Source: an uncultured Actinomycetota bacterium (GTDB lineage Bacteria; Actinomycetota; Acidimicrobiia; Acidimicrobiales; Ilumatobacteraceae). From it: DNA of 64,000 bases. Below the pieces are notes generated by a model, which did not search any database, was not told where the DNA came from, and saw only the letters and a program-made list of their open reading frames with translations. The translations under genes and the position numbers were made by a program. This document shows positions 40,037-50,560 of this stretch, one piece after another; positions within the stretch are counted from its first letter, which is position 1; each line of letters opens with the position of its first letter. The stretch is taken from the NCBI GenBank assembly GCA_963738275.1, contig CAVTVY010000001.1:122448-186447 (forward strand), in the 5' to 3' direction.

Positions 40037-40760
40037 CAACACAGCGCCGCTACGAGGTCGTCGCGTGGTGACCACGCGTGACACCCCAGGCAAGTTGGAC
40101 GAACTCCTCACGGCCTACGGAGCGACGGTGATCCACGTACCCCTGATCGAGATCGTGGGGCCACCCGATGGTGGTGCACAGTTGGCGGCCGCGTTGGGTC
40201 GTCTCTCGCACGCGTCTTGGCTCGTCGTGACATCGCAACACGGCGCTATCGCCGTTGGCGCAGCCGCCCGCGCCCACGGCGTGCGGCTTGCCGCCGTGGG
40301 AACGCGCACCGCCGAGGTGTTGGCGCGCTCGGCAGGTCGGGCAGTCGATGTGGTGCCAGCGCAGCAAACCGCCGCGGCGCTGATGGCCGTCTTCCCGCTG
40401 CCTGACTCGCCAGGCGAGTTGGTGGTCGTCGCCGTTGGTGATCTCGCTGCGCCAACACTGACCGATGGCCTGCGCGGCCTGGGGTACGACGTGATATCAG
40501 CCGTTGCATACCGGACGCTCCGACGCGACCCATCCTCGACCGAGCGTGCAGCTGCGCTCGAGGCCGACGCCGTGGTGTTTGCCAGTGGCTCGAGTGCCGA
40601 AGCGTGGGCGACCTCGATGGGATTGTTGGCGCCGCCAGTCGTCGCAATCGGCCCTACCACTGCAGCTGCGGCAACGGCCGCTGGGCTTCAGGTTGCAGCA
40701 GTTGCTGCCGATCACTCAGTGGAAGGCTTGGTCGCCGCAGTCACCGAACTGTTGACCTGA
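40014..40760 (+). CDS. hemD: Uroporphyrinogen-III synthase
   Basis: RRVVTTR, WLVVTS, AVGTRT, AYRT, FASGS, AIGPTT. Confidence 0.9.
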   Translation: MPTSPTPDNTAPLRGRRVVTTRDTPGKLDELLTAYGATVIHVPLIEIVGPPDGGAQLAAALGRLSHASWLVVTSQHGAIAVGAAARAHGVRLAAVGTRTAEVLARSAGRAVDVVPAQQTAAALMAVFPLPDSPGELVVVAVGDLAAPTLTDGLRGLGYDVISAVAYRTLRRDPSSTERAAALEADAVVFASGSSAEAWATSMGLLAPPVVAIGPTTAAAATAAGLQVAAVAADHSVEGLVAAVTELLT

Positions 40761-40793
40761 CAGTTCGTACAATCGCGTGCCCGGAAGGAGATC

Positions 40794-43202
40794 ATGAGAC
40801 TGAACGCACCGTTGCCTATCAAAGTACAGATGGCAATGCTGGCGGCCGCGGCACTTCTCGCTGCGGTTGTTGGCGCACCTGCGCGGTTGGTCAATGCCTC
40901 TACTTCCGCTGCTGTGTTGGCAACCGACTTGGTCGACGCCCGGCAACCGTCGCTGTCGAACAGCGGCGACTGGGCGGTCTTCGAAGGGATGTTGGCCGAC
41001 GGGCGCCGCTCGGTCTTTCGGGCGAACCTCTCATCGTCAGACATCGTGGAACTCTCTCCAGTGCCCGAGTCGGTGCGAACGGGTGACACGATCCAGCCGC
41101 GCATCTCGGCCGATGGCTGTGTCGTCGTGGCGATCACACAAGTCGCTTTCGACCTGTTCCGCGACGACGATCGAGGCGACCGCTGGGACGTCTACCGGCT
41201 ACTCGTGCCCGAATGCGGCGGCCAGCCGAACGGTTGGGAACTGGTGTCGTCGAACACCACTGGCACGGCGCGCGACGGAGTCTTCACCGAATGGGCGCCG
41301 GCCGTCAGCGGTTCCGGTGCAGTCGTCGCGTTTGTGCACCAGTCAGACCGCTCGAACGATCTGCTCGCCACGATCAGCGTGGTCGACATCACCGTTCCGA
41401 TCAATGAACCAGGTCGGGTGCAATCGGTGGCGGGAGTGCCAGCAGAGGCTCCGAACGGAGCATTCACATATAGCGGCTTTACTGCCCCGGAGCTTTCGCA
41501 AAACGGTCGCCATTTGGCGTTCGTCGCCGACGCAAGCGCTTCCGATGTCCTGCCCGGTTGGGGCGCCGGGCTGATACCGGGTGGCCCGGCCACCACGCAG
41601 GTGTACGTCTGGGATCGCGGGTACCTCGACCAACGAAACGCAGTTCATCTGGTGTCGGGTGCCAACGGGGTTGCCTCTGGATTTGGAGCCGACTCCCCGG
41701 CGATGTCAGAAGACGGCCGCATCATCGCCTTCCGCTCCGCGGATCGAACCTTGGTGCCAGCGGTGCTGCCCCGCTGTTCATCGCCGACGTCCTGTCCGAC
41801 CCAGATCTATCGATTCGATCGCGACACAGATGGCAACGGCATCTTTGACGAGGTGGCGCGTCGACCGTCGTTGGCGATGGTGTCGGCCGTAGACGCTGGT
41901 GTCGTCAGTAGCGGCATTCCCACCGCAGGCGATGCCAGTTCATGGTCACCGTCGCTCAGTGCCGACGGCAGCCAGGTCGTGTTTGTCACCGATGCTGTCA
42001 ACCTGCTGCCCAGTCGGCGCCCAGGCGGAGGGGAAACGTCCGACGGTGACGTGCTCATCGCGGAGTTTCGGCTCGGTCAAATTCGTCGAGCTCTCGACGA
42101 CAGCGCCCTGGTGTCGGTGCCCGGGGCTCATGATCGGCCCGTGCTGTCCAAGACTGGCCAAACGGCCGTATTCGACACCTCCGCGGCAGCTGCGCTGACC
42201 GCAGGGCAGGCCATCACAACGGCGAGTGGACGCAACATCGTGGTGGTCCGTTATTCGCCACAGCTTGGCTTGGCCGCGCTCGACTTCGGCTCGGTGTTGC
42301 TCGGCTTCGAAAGTGCCGAGCTGTACGCCACCGTGCAGAACGCAGGACCGGCCGCGTTCGAACCCGGTGCGGTTTTCACCTCATCACCAAACTTCAAGGT
42401 CACCGGCGGCACGTGCACCACCGGCGTCATCGTCGCGGCAGGAGATTCGTGCAAGGTGGAACTCACCTTCAACCCCACCGCGCCACGGGGCTTCGAGGCG
42501 ACGCTCACCGTTCGCAGCGTCGGGTTCGTTCCGACGGAGATTTCCACACAACTGCGAGGTGCCGCAGGAGACCCAATTCTGCAGGCCAACCCCGGTGGCG
42601 TCGACATGGAACCGGCAATCGTTGGCGAGTCGGGCGGTCGGGTGGCCATTGGCATCACCAACAACGGGTTTGCGCCCACCCGAATCGCGCGCATCGACCT
42701 CGGCGGGCTGCACCCAGGTGACTTCGAAGTCGTCACCGAGTCGTGTACCGGGCGGGCCTTGAACGCCACCGCCAGCTGTGCCATCGAGGTCGAGTTCAAG
42801 CCTCGAGCGCCCGGTTATCGCAGCACGCTCGTGCGGGTGGCCACTGCGATTGGCGAGTACACCAGCGCTGTCGTTGGTGGCTACGCGCGGTATGCGCCGA
42901 CGTTCAATCTCGCTGCCACCGAAGCGACCGCTGGTGAAGAACTAGGTATCGGTGCGTACGGTTTCCCCCCGAACGCTGAGATCACCATCGGCTTCGAAGA
43001 TGGTTCGGAACCTTTCGCCTCCGTGGCCACCAGCGGAGAGGGAGGCTTTCTTGCCACGGTGGTTCTTCCCGCGAACCTGCGTGCTGGTGATCGAACCCTG
43101 ATCGCCACGGGCCCCGATGCCACGGTTGCAGTTGCGGCGTTGCACGTCAGCGCCTCACCACGATCGGTCACACCGAACGTTCCGGGCTACGGTCTCGGCT
43201 GA
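40794..43202 (+). CDS. Secreted protein with TolB/WD40-like beta-propeller and two choice-of-anchor D (Ig-like) domains
   Basis: Signal peptide; repeated P.(I/L/M)S.(D/N)G...F motifs; LDFG...C..G.SC.V...F.P domains. Confidence 0.75.
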   Translation: MRLNAPLPIKVQMAMLAAAALLAAVVGAPARLVNASTSAAVLATDLVDARQPSLSNSGDWAVFEGMLADGRRSVFRANLSSSDIVELSPVPESVRTGDTIQPRISADGCVVVAITQVAFDLFRDDDRGDRWDVYRLLVPECGGQPNGWELVSSNTTGTARDGVFTEWAPAVSGSGAVVAFVHQSDRSNDLLATISVVDITVPINEPGRVQSVAGVPAEAPNGAFTYSGFTAPELSQNGRHLAFVADASASDVLPGWGAGLIPGGPATTQVYVWDRGYLDQRNAVHLVSGANGVASGFGADSPAMSEDGRIIAFRSADRTLVPAVLPRCSSPTSCPTQIYRFDRDTDGNGIFDEVARRPSLAMVSAVDAGVVSSGIPTAGDASSWSPSLSADGSQVVFVTDAVNLLPSRRPGGGETSDGDVLIAEFRLGQIRRALDDSALVSVPGAHDRPVLSKTGQTAVFDTSAAAALTAGQAITTASGRNIVVVRYSPQLGLAALDFGSVLLGFESAELYATVQNAGPAAFEPGAVFTSSPNFKVTGGTCTTGVIVAAGDSCKVELTFNPTAPRGFEATLTVRSVGFVPTEISTQLRGAAGDPILQANPGGVDMEPAIVGESGGRVAIGITNNGFAPTRIARIDLGGLHPGDFEVVTESCTGRALNATASCAIEVEFKPRAPGYRSTLVRVATAIGEYTSAVVGGYARYAPTFNLAATEATAGEELGIGAYGFPPNAEITIGFEDGSEPFASVATSGEGGFLATVVLPANLRAGDRTLIATGPDATVAVAALHVSASPRSVTPNVPGYGLG

Positions 43203-43251
43203 GGCGATCTTGGTTTGGTCGGTCTGGTCTTGGTCGATCTGGTAGCAGGCC

Positions 43252-44481
43252 TCAGGCTGCAACCGTGACGATCTGGCCCGTCAGCAGCACGCTGACGTCG
43301 CAACCGGTGGCGGCGACATCGCCCGCTGCCTCACACAGCACCGAGAACACGATGTTGTCGCCAGGCTCGAACGGCAGTGCGCTCACCCTCGGCTGAAACT
43401 CGTTGGCACTGGTCATCTCGCCCAAGTTCCACGTGTAGAGCACCTCGTCGTTTTGCAATAGCTGCGCGACGCCGAGATCGTTGTTGGGATTTTGAAGCAC
43501 CACGTCGGTGAGCAAGAAGCGTGAATCTGGCGGGACGAGCACCGACTCACTTCGTTCCTGGCCGATGGCAACGTCGACTGCGATGCGGTGGGCGTCGACC
43601 ACGCCCGGGTTGGCATCGCCAGCAGGGTCGTCGACACTCTGCGCGACGGTGGTGGCGGGGGCATCGACCATGCTGGTGGTGGGCGCGTCGCTGTCGAGTT
43701 CGGCGATTCGATCCTCGACAGCTCGATCGGCAGCGTCACGCAGCTCGGGTCGCACCACTCCGAACCACGCAAGAATGACAGCTCCGACCAGCGCAGCAAA
43801 CGCCAGGGTACGGACGAGCGTTCGGGCCGGAATCGTGGCCGGCTGAATGAGCGTGCCGCGGGCGACCGCTCGGGCGTGTTCGGGTTCGGTTGCCTCGATC
43901 TCGAAACTCAGTTGCTGCTCACGACCCCGAAACGGGTGTCCTTTGGTTCGCAGCCGCAGCCGCACCAAACTTCTGCCCCCCGGCGCTACGCCAACCGCCG
44001 GAGGATCGAACGCGCCGTCGACACGGTTCGCGGCGTCGACAAGGTGGAGTCGGCAATTGGCCAGGCTATTGCCGTGGTTCTCGAGCATGAACTCGTAGTT
44101 CGCTCGGCGGCGAGCCCTCTGCAGCGGCTGCAACATGACGATTCGTCGGTCGTCGAACGGCTCGATGTACACCACCGTCTCGGCGATCGTGGTCTCGTCG
44201 GGGTTCGACTGTGCGATCACCCGTACCGCTACCGCGTTCGGGCCGCTGCTGGTGGTGTGAATGGCCGGCGGCCGGATGACGACCTCGATGATGTCGATCG
44301 ATCCGCCGAACAACGTGATCGTGCTGCGCGTGACCGTGGTCCACCCGGCAGCAAGCCCAGCCGGTATGACGGTAAACGTTTCGGTGTGTTCCCCTGCGTT
44401 CTCGATAGACAGCGACAACGTGGTGGATTCGCCAGGTCGGGCGCGCACATCATCGCCTCCAAACCACACTTGAACAGCCAC
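43252..44481 (-). CDS. Bitopic membrane protein with two N-terminal Ig-like (COG1470-like) domains
   Basis: PGESTTLSLSIENAG...; second domain ENHGN...; single TM (LAFAALVGAVILAWFGVV); extracytoplasmic C-domain. Confidence 0.7.
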   Translation of the reverse strand: MAVQVWFGGDDVRARPGESTTLSLSIENAGEHTETFTVIPAGLAAGWTTVTRSTITLFGGSIDIIEVVIRPPAIHTTSSGPNAVAVRVIAQSNPDETTIAETVVYIEPFDDRRIVMLQPLQRARRRANYEFMLENHGNSLANCRLHLVDAANRVDGAFDPPAVGVAPGGRSLVRLRLRTKGHPFRGREQQLSFEIEATEPEHARAVARGTLIQPATIPARTLVRTLAFAALVGAVILAWFGVVRPELRDAADRAVEDRIAELDSDAPTTSMVDAPATTVAQSVDDPAGDANPGVVDAHRIAVDVAIGQERSESVLVPPDSRFLLTDVVLQNPNNDLGVAQLLQNDEVLYTWNLGEMTSANEFQPRVSALPFEPGDNIVFSVLCEAAGDVAATGCDVSVLLTGQIVTVAA

Positions 44482-44566
44482 GGGACCCGACGCTACCTGG
44501 CTCGTTCGTGTGTGGTGATGATGTCTCGCCCTACCATGCCATTCATGATCTCCGATTCAGCAGGGC

Positions 44567-45579
44567 GTGCATCGACTTCGTCGTTTGCGCCGAACGGCAG
44601 CGTTGCGTGACCTCGTGGCCGAAACCAACGTCACGGTCGACGACCTCGTGGCACCCCTGTTCGTGCGCGAAGGCATTGACGAGCGGATCGAAATCGCATC
44701 TCTCCCGGGCGTGTACCAAGACACTCGAGAGTCGCTTCGCCGCGGGGTAGTCGAACTGGCAGACATGGGCGTGAAGGCGATCATGCTCTTCGGCGTGCCC
44801 GCTCACAAGGACGCAACCGGCTCTGGCGCTTCCGATCCGGACGGGATCGTACAGTTGGCGCTGCGCGACCTGCGGGCAGAACTTGGTGACGACGTGGTGC
44901 TCATGGCCGACCTCTGCGTCGACGAGTACACGTCTCACGGCCATTGCGGCATCGTCGGGGCCGACGGTCACGTCGACAACGACGCCACGTTGCAGATCTA
45001 CAGCGACATCGCTGTCGCCCAAGCCACGGCTGGGGCCCATGTGGTTGCGCCGAGCGGCATGATGGACGGTCAGGTCGGCGCAATTCGCTCGGCGCTCGAC
45101 GCTCATGGGTTCTCACACGTGTCGATCCTCGGGTACTCGGCCAAGTATGCGAGTGGGCTGTACGGCCCGTTCCGCGACGCCGTCGACGTGTCCATCGCCG
45201 ATGGTGGCGATCGCAAGGGCTACCAGCAAGACCCACGCAACGCCCGTGAATCGATTCGTGAAGTGCTCGCTGATATCGAGCAGGGCGCCGACATGGTCAT
45301 GGTGAAACCGGCGCTGGCGTACCTCGATGTCATCCATCAGGTTCGGTCGCTCGTCGATGTGCCGCTCGCCGCCTATCACGTCAGTGGCGAGTACTCGATG
45401 GTGAAAGCCGCAGCGGCCAACGGGTGGATCGACCACGATGCGGTCGCTCTGGAACACCTCACCGCAATCAAGCGTGCTGGTGCGGACGTGATCCTCACCT
45501 ACTTCACGCGCTGGTTCGCAGAACGCGCCGCCTCACCAACGCAAAGCCGGCCTCAACACATGGCAGGAGTAGCTGATGA
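44567..45579 (+). CDS. hemB: Porphobilinogen synthase (ALA dehydratase); 3' end obscured by a probable indel
   Basis: RLRRLR, DLCVDEYTSHGHCG, APSGMMDG, YGPFRDA, MVKPALAYLD, AYHVSGEY. Confidence 0.96.
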
Positions 45580-46958
45580 GTGCCATGCCCATCCCCCCGA
45601 CGTCGATTCCACCGACGTCCATTCCATTGTGCGACCCGGTCACCTGCGTGGCTGCCCGATGCGAGCCCACGGTGTGCGTCGGTGCCGGATTACCGTCGAA
45701 CGAGACGATGTTCGAGCGTTCCAAGGCGGTCATTCCGGGCGGAGTGAACTCGTCGATTCGGGCGTTCACATCGGTTGGCGGGAGGCCATATGTGGTGGCG
45801 CGCGCCCTTGGTGCCCACCTGTGGGATGTGGAGGGCACTCGCTACATCGACCTGGTGCAGAGTTATGGCGCGGTGATCCTGGGGCACGCCCACCCAGCAA
45901 TCACCGCCGCCGTCACCAGCGCCGTCACCGGTGGCACCTCGTACGGGGCGCCAACGCCGCGCGAGATGAAGCTTGCCGAAGCGATCTCGGAACGAGTCGC
46001 TTCGTGCGAGCAGGTTCGGTTCATGAACTCCGGCACCGAGGCCACCAGCACGGCGGTGCGACTGGCCCGCGGTTACACCGGTCGCGACCGCGTGGTCATC
46101 TTCCACGGAAACTTCCACGGGGCAACCGATGCGCTACTCGCAGCGGGTGGCAGCGGGGTGGCGACGCTCGGTTTGCCGGGCACGGCTGGCGTGCCTGCGG
46201 GCGCGGTGGCCGAAACGATGGTGGTGCCGTACAACGTGGTGCCCACGCTCGATAGCACGGTGGCGTGCGTCATCGTTGAACCAATCGCCGCAAATATGGG
46301 TGTGGTCGCTCCAGCTCCGGGTTTCCTCGAAGGGCTGCGAGCCGAATGCGACCGAGTCGGAGCCGTGCTGGTGTTCGACGAAGTCATCACCGGGTTTCGT
46401 GTCGGGTTGGGCGGGGCGCAAGGCATGTTCGGCGTGCGCCCGGACCTCACCACGTTCGGCAAGGTCATCGGTGGCGGCTTGCCCATCGGTGCCGTCGGTG
46501 GTCGCCGTGAACTGATGGAAAACCTCACGCCGCTGGGTTCGGTCTTCCACGCGGGCACGTTGGCAGGCAACCCGATTGCCACCGCGGCCGGTCTCGCTGC
46601 GCTTGGGGAACTCGACGGTGACGTCTACCTCGAGCTGTCGGCGCGTGCCAATCGGCTGGCAGGGCTGTTGAGCGACGCCTGTGCGGCGGGTGGTTTCGCC
46701 GCCCGCTTTCCCGTGGTGGGCACCTTGTTCGGCATGGTGTGCGGCGACATTCCCACTCCCACCAACTTCGCCGAAGCCAAACGCACCGACGAAGCAGCGT
46801 TCGCCCGCTTCTTCCACGCCATGCTCGCCGAAGGCGTGGCCATGGCCCCCGGCGCCTACGAAGCGATCTTCGTGGGCGTCGCCCATACCGACGATGTGCT
46901 CGACGAGATCGCCGCCGCAGCCCACATCGCTGCCGGAAAGGCCGCGACCCCCCGGTAG
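45576..46958 (+). CDS. hemL: Glutamate-1-semialdehyde 2,1-aminomutase
   Basis: IPGGVNSSIRAF, NSGTEA, FDEVITGFR, FGKVIGGGLP, AGTLAGNP. Confidence 0.96.
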   Translation: MSAMPIPPTSIPPTSIPLCDPVTCVAARCEPTVCVGAGLPSNETMFERSKAVIPGGVNSSIRAFTSVGGRPYVVARALGAHLWDVEGTRYIDLVQSYGAVILGHAHPAITAAVTSAVTGGTSYGAPTPREMKLAEAISERVASCEQVRFMNSGTEATSTAVRLARGYTGRDRVVIFHGNFHGATDALLAAGGSGVATLGLPGTAGVPAGAVAETMVVPYNVVPTLDSTVACVIVEPIAANMGVVAPAPGFLEGLRAECDRVGAVLVFDEVITGFRVGLGGAQGMFGVRPDLTTFGKVIGGGLPIGAVGGRRELMENLTPLGSVFHAGTLAGNPIATAAGLAALGELDGDVYLELSARANRLAGLLSDACAAGGFAARFPVVGTLFGMVCGDIPTPTNFAEAKRTDEAAFARFFHAMLAEGVAMAPGAYEAIFVGVAHTDDVLDEIAAAAHIAAGKAATPR

Positions 46959-46967
46959 CGCCCTAGG

Positions 46968-47607
46968 TCAGATGCCGAAGCTGGCGGTGCGTAATGCTGC
47001 GATGGCGTCGTCGGGGCCCTCGTACTCCACGAGCGAGTGAGCCTGGCGGCCGTACAGCCACAGCACCAGTTCACCCACCGGGCCACTCACCTCGACCATC
47101 GGCTCACCCTTGTTGGCAACGAGGCTCGGCTTGGCCGTCGGTCGGTGCCAGTGTGATGCCAGCCGGTGCCTTGCGAGCCATCATCTTGGCGCCGCGCTTC
47201 AACACGTCGTACAAGTCTTTCGTCAGTTCGTCGTCGAGTTCGCGAGCGGTCCAGTCGGGTTGGGCTCGTCGCACATCTTCGAGGTGGACAAAGAATTCAG
47301 CGGTGTTCGCCAGCCGATCGACAGCTCCGAGCCGGGTGGGCGACCAGAACGGCGCACCCTCGCGCACCTTACGAACGAGTACGTCGTACTCGTCGGCTTT
47401 CGCGAGCCGCGCCTGAATCTTGTCGGTGTACCCGGCGAACCTCGGGCTGATGATTCCGGGCATGGCATCGGGTCGACGATCGCGAATGACGATATGGGCG
47501 GCGAGATCGCGTGTGTCCCATTCTCCGCACAAGGTAGGAGCGTCGGGACCGATCTCGGCGAGCAGGTCGGCGAACCGGTGTCGCTCTTGCGTGGCTGGTG
47601 TCGTCAT
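46968..47607 (-). CDS. TIGR03085 family metal-binding protein; frameshift ~47140
   Basis: GPDAPTLCGEWDTRDLAAH, NTAEFFVHLEDVRRAQ; tail GPVGELVLWLYGR. Confidence 0.85.
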
Positions 47608-47651
47608 GGTCGGATCGTACCGGGCTGTTCATCGGTCGTAGCCTGGGCTGT

Positions 47652-48442
47652 ATGCATGAGCCGACCCACACATACCTTCAAGTGGTTCGAAACGGTGACG
47701 TGATCACCATCACACTCGACCACCCAGCCAAGCGAAACGCGTTGGCGCTCGACGTGATGACCGAACTCACCGTTGCGCTTCGAGAGGCGGGTCGCACCGA
47801 CGCACTCGGCGTCATCATCGCCGCCAACGGCCCGGTGTTCTCCGCCGGTCACAACTTCGGCGACATGTTGGGTGCTTCCCTCGACGAAGCTCAGCATCTC
47901 TTCGAAGTCTGTGCGGAGATGATGCAAACGATCCAAGACATTCCTCAGGTCGTCATCGCGAAGGTGCACGCGTTCGCGTCGGCCGCCGGGTGTCAACTCG
48001 TGGCGTCGTGTGATCTGGCGATAGCGGCCGAGTCGGCCGGGTTCGCGCTGCCTGGCGGCAAGGGTGGGCTGTTCTGCCACACCCCACTCGTCGCCGTCGC
48101 CCGCCAGATCGGCCGGAAGCGCGCCTTGGAGATGGCGCTCACCGGAGACCCGATCGCAGCAGATGTTGCGGCCGACTGGGGGCTCATCAACGCGGTCGTG
48201 AGTGACGATGAGCTCGACTCTGCTGTCGACGATCTCATGCGCAGAGCCACTCGCGGCAGCGCGCTCGTCGAAAGCGAACGGAAAGCGATCGTTTTACGCC
48301 CAGGTCGACATGGATCAGCACGAGGCGTATGCGTATGCCACCGAAGTCATGGCTGCTGACGCCGTCGCCGATCGACGGGCAAGAGGGGATCGCGTCGTTC
48401 CTCGAGAAGCGCCACCCAAACTTCGTCCAGCGCGCCAACTAA
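47652..48442 (+). CDS. Enoyl-CoA hydratase/isomerase; frameshifts ~48270 and ~48372
   Basis: KRNAL, FSAGHN, AAGCQLVASCDLA, GLFCHTP, EMALTG; tail EGIASFLEKR. Confidence 0.9.
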
Positions 48443-48452
48443 ACCGCGTTAG

Positions 48453-48569
48453 GGGATCAGCGGATAGGTCGCTTCGCTCCTTTTCATTCCGCTGATTTCC
48501 CCACGTATCTATGGGCGTCGCCAACCGGGCAGACTCGGCAAAGCCTCGCCTACCCGCTCGGCTCCTTAC
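48453..48569. repeat. Dispersed structured intergenic repeat, copy 2
   Basis: Near-identical to 31191-31306; its terminal TTA is the stop codon of the convergent gene. Confidence 0.9.
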
Positions 48570-49276
48570 GCAGCGACGTGTTCGCGGAGCCGTTGAGTAG
48601 CTCGTTCGCGGCGGTTGCGTATCGTTCGCGGACTCAGCTTGAGGGAGCGAGCGATATCGACGGTCCGCGGTGTCTCGAGCAGGCATTGCAGGTACCTCAA
48701 GTCGTCAGCATTCGTCGCCTTTGCTTCGGCGGCCTGCTGGACGAGTTCGGCGAGTTCCTCCCACGGGTGCAGATCACGTTCGGGCTGAGCTACGTCGCGA
48801 GGAAACTCGCTGGGTCGTTCGCCTGACGACCGTTGCCGGTTGGCTCGCTTGAAGGCCAGGTACTCGGCGTCGCTGATGAGTGCCGCTGCGAGACACGACG
48901 GCTGGCGTTCCGGATTGAACGTGCGAATCGCGATCCACAGGGCGCCGATCATCTCCGCAACTGCGTCTCGATCTCGACCGAACTGGCGTTGACGACGTAC
49001 CACGCTCAGTGAGCCCGGAAGCAGCCGTTGCACCAACGTTCGGGCCGCCAGGTCGTCGTGGCGTGCTGTTTCGACCAACTTGCGAAGTGCGGCGTCGTGC
49101 ACTGAGGTATTGCGCGTCTCAAAACCAACCTGGGTGAGGAGCGTGTCGAGATCGTCGAGATGACCGGTGACGATCTCCCATCCCGCTGCTTGGATGAGGT
49201 GGCGAGGGTTGCGGCGGATATGGCGCCACTCGCGATGCAGTTGTGCGACGAGGTCAGTTGACGATGGTGAGTTCAT
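48566..49276 (-). CDS. Atypical sigma-70-like protein (region 2-like plus C-terminal HTH)
   Basis: AEMIGALWIAIRTFNPER resembles sigma region 2; TVDIARSLKLSPRTIRNRRERATQRLRE resembles region 4. Confidence 0.6.
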   Translation of the reverse strand: MNSPSSTDLVAQLHREWRHIRRNPRHLIQAAGWEIVTGHLDDLDTLLTQVGFETRNTSVHDAALRKLVETARHDDLAARTLVQRLLPGSLSVVRRQRQFGRDRDAVAEMIGALWIAIRTFNPERQPSCLAAALISDAEYLAFKRANRQRSSGERPSEFPRDVAQPERDLHPWEELAELVQQAAEAKATNADDLRYLQCLLETPRTVDIARSLKLSPRTIRNRRERATQRLREHVAA

Positions 49277-49443
49277 GGGGCGAGCGTGCCGATGGAGCCT
49301 CACCGCTCGTCTCACCGCCTGACTCACGCCCCGCACAGAATCTTGACGTCCCCGGTGAGGCGTTGCCTCAAGCCAGACGGCTCGTGAGTCACACCGCCTG
49401 GTAGAGGCGTTGTTCGGCACTGTGAGCGCCAGATTCTGCCCCT

Positions 49444-50390
49444 GTGAGCCGAGTTCGCGTCGACACCTTCGGCGTGGATCTTCCGCAACGCGAAACCTTT
49501 GCCCGCGTTCGAGTGGATGCGGGGCCTGATGCTGGCCGTGTGGTCGAGCTTCCGGCTCGGCAGACATCTCGTTGGTCGGGCCGCGTCGTGCGACGTCGCC
49601 ATCGTCGACCCCGACATCGAAGCACATCACCTGTTGCTCGAGTTCACAGCACGACGGGGCCATTCGTGTCGTGCAGTTGGCCGGGCGGTCGACGATCACC
49701 ATCGATGGCTCGTGCCGAACTCTGAAGGAAGCGTCCGTGACGGTGGTGTGATCGAGGTCGGGGCGACGCGCCTCACCCTGCGTGTGTGTTTGCAGCGATC
49801 TCGCTTGGCATCAGGCGGCGGCACCGGTGGTCGCCGACACACCATGGGCAACATTGGCAGCGGTGGAGCGCGGCGACGTATCTGGCGCGTGCGGCAAGCC
49901 CGTACGTGGTCGACGCTCGGTGTCGGACACGGTGCGTCTACCACTCGGCGTCGACATTGGGCGCTCACTCCCGTTCGAACAGCAACCTGCAGCCGATGCG
50001 GCGGAGGTGCACGAGGACCTTCCGGTCTTGGCGAACCTCGGGCGCGGCCATGTGTTCGTGCTTGCGTTGCGTGGGCCCGCTGTGCAGGTGCAGAGTTCGG
50101 TGCGGGCGATCGTGGAACAACTGCCGCGGACCGGCGATCGGGAGATCATCGTCACCGACGACGTCGACCATGCGCGACGCTCGAGTCGCAGCTTCAGAGC
50201 GGCGACAACGGTGCTCCTGATGCTGAGGCTCGACGCGGCAGTGCCCGACGGGTGCGACTCATTGGTCGAGTTCGGCCCGCGCTGGCGTGCGGCCTACACA
50301 GCTGACCTCGGTGGAGCCGAGCCAGCACTGCGATTTCATGCGGCCGGGCGTCGACAGTCGTCGGTGACTCCGTCTGGCGCGGCCGCAGGT
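49444..50390 (+). CDS. FHA-domain protein, multiply frameshifted; 3' end uncertain
   Basis: VRVDAGPDAG, then LVGRAASCDVAIVDPDIEAHHL (FHA motifs), GVIEVGATRL; further segment VRLPLG...FGPRWRA in another frame. Confidence 0.55.
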
Positions 50391-50560
50391 GCCGGTCGCA
50401 GGTGCCGGTCGACGTCGTCGACTCGAGAATCGGTGTGCATCGAGGCCGGCATGCGTCTGGGTCTCTGCAGTCGTCAGGGCAGCCAGCGTCGACAACGGGC
50501 GGCCATGCCGGTGGCACGGTCCGGCACGAGTCGGTGCGCCGGGGCGTCCTGCGGCAGCCA

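Noticed and set aside
44567-46255. 562-aa HemB with a long C-terminal extension or HemB-HemL fusion
   Set aside because: The extension is out of frame with hemL and low-complexity, and hemL has its own RBS and ATG. An indel near the hemB end explains it.
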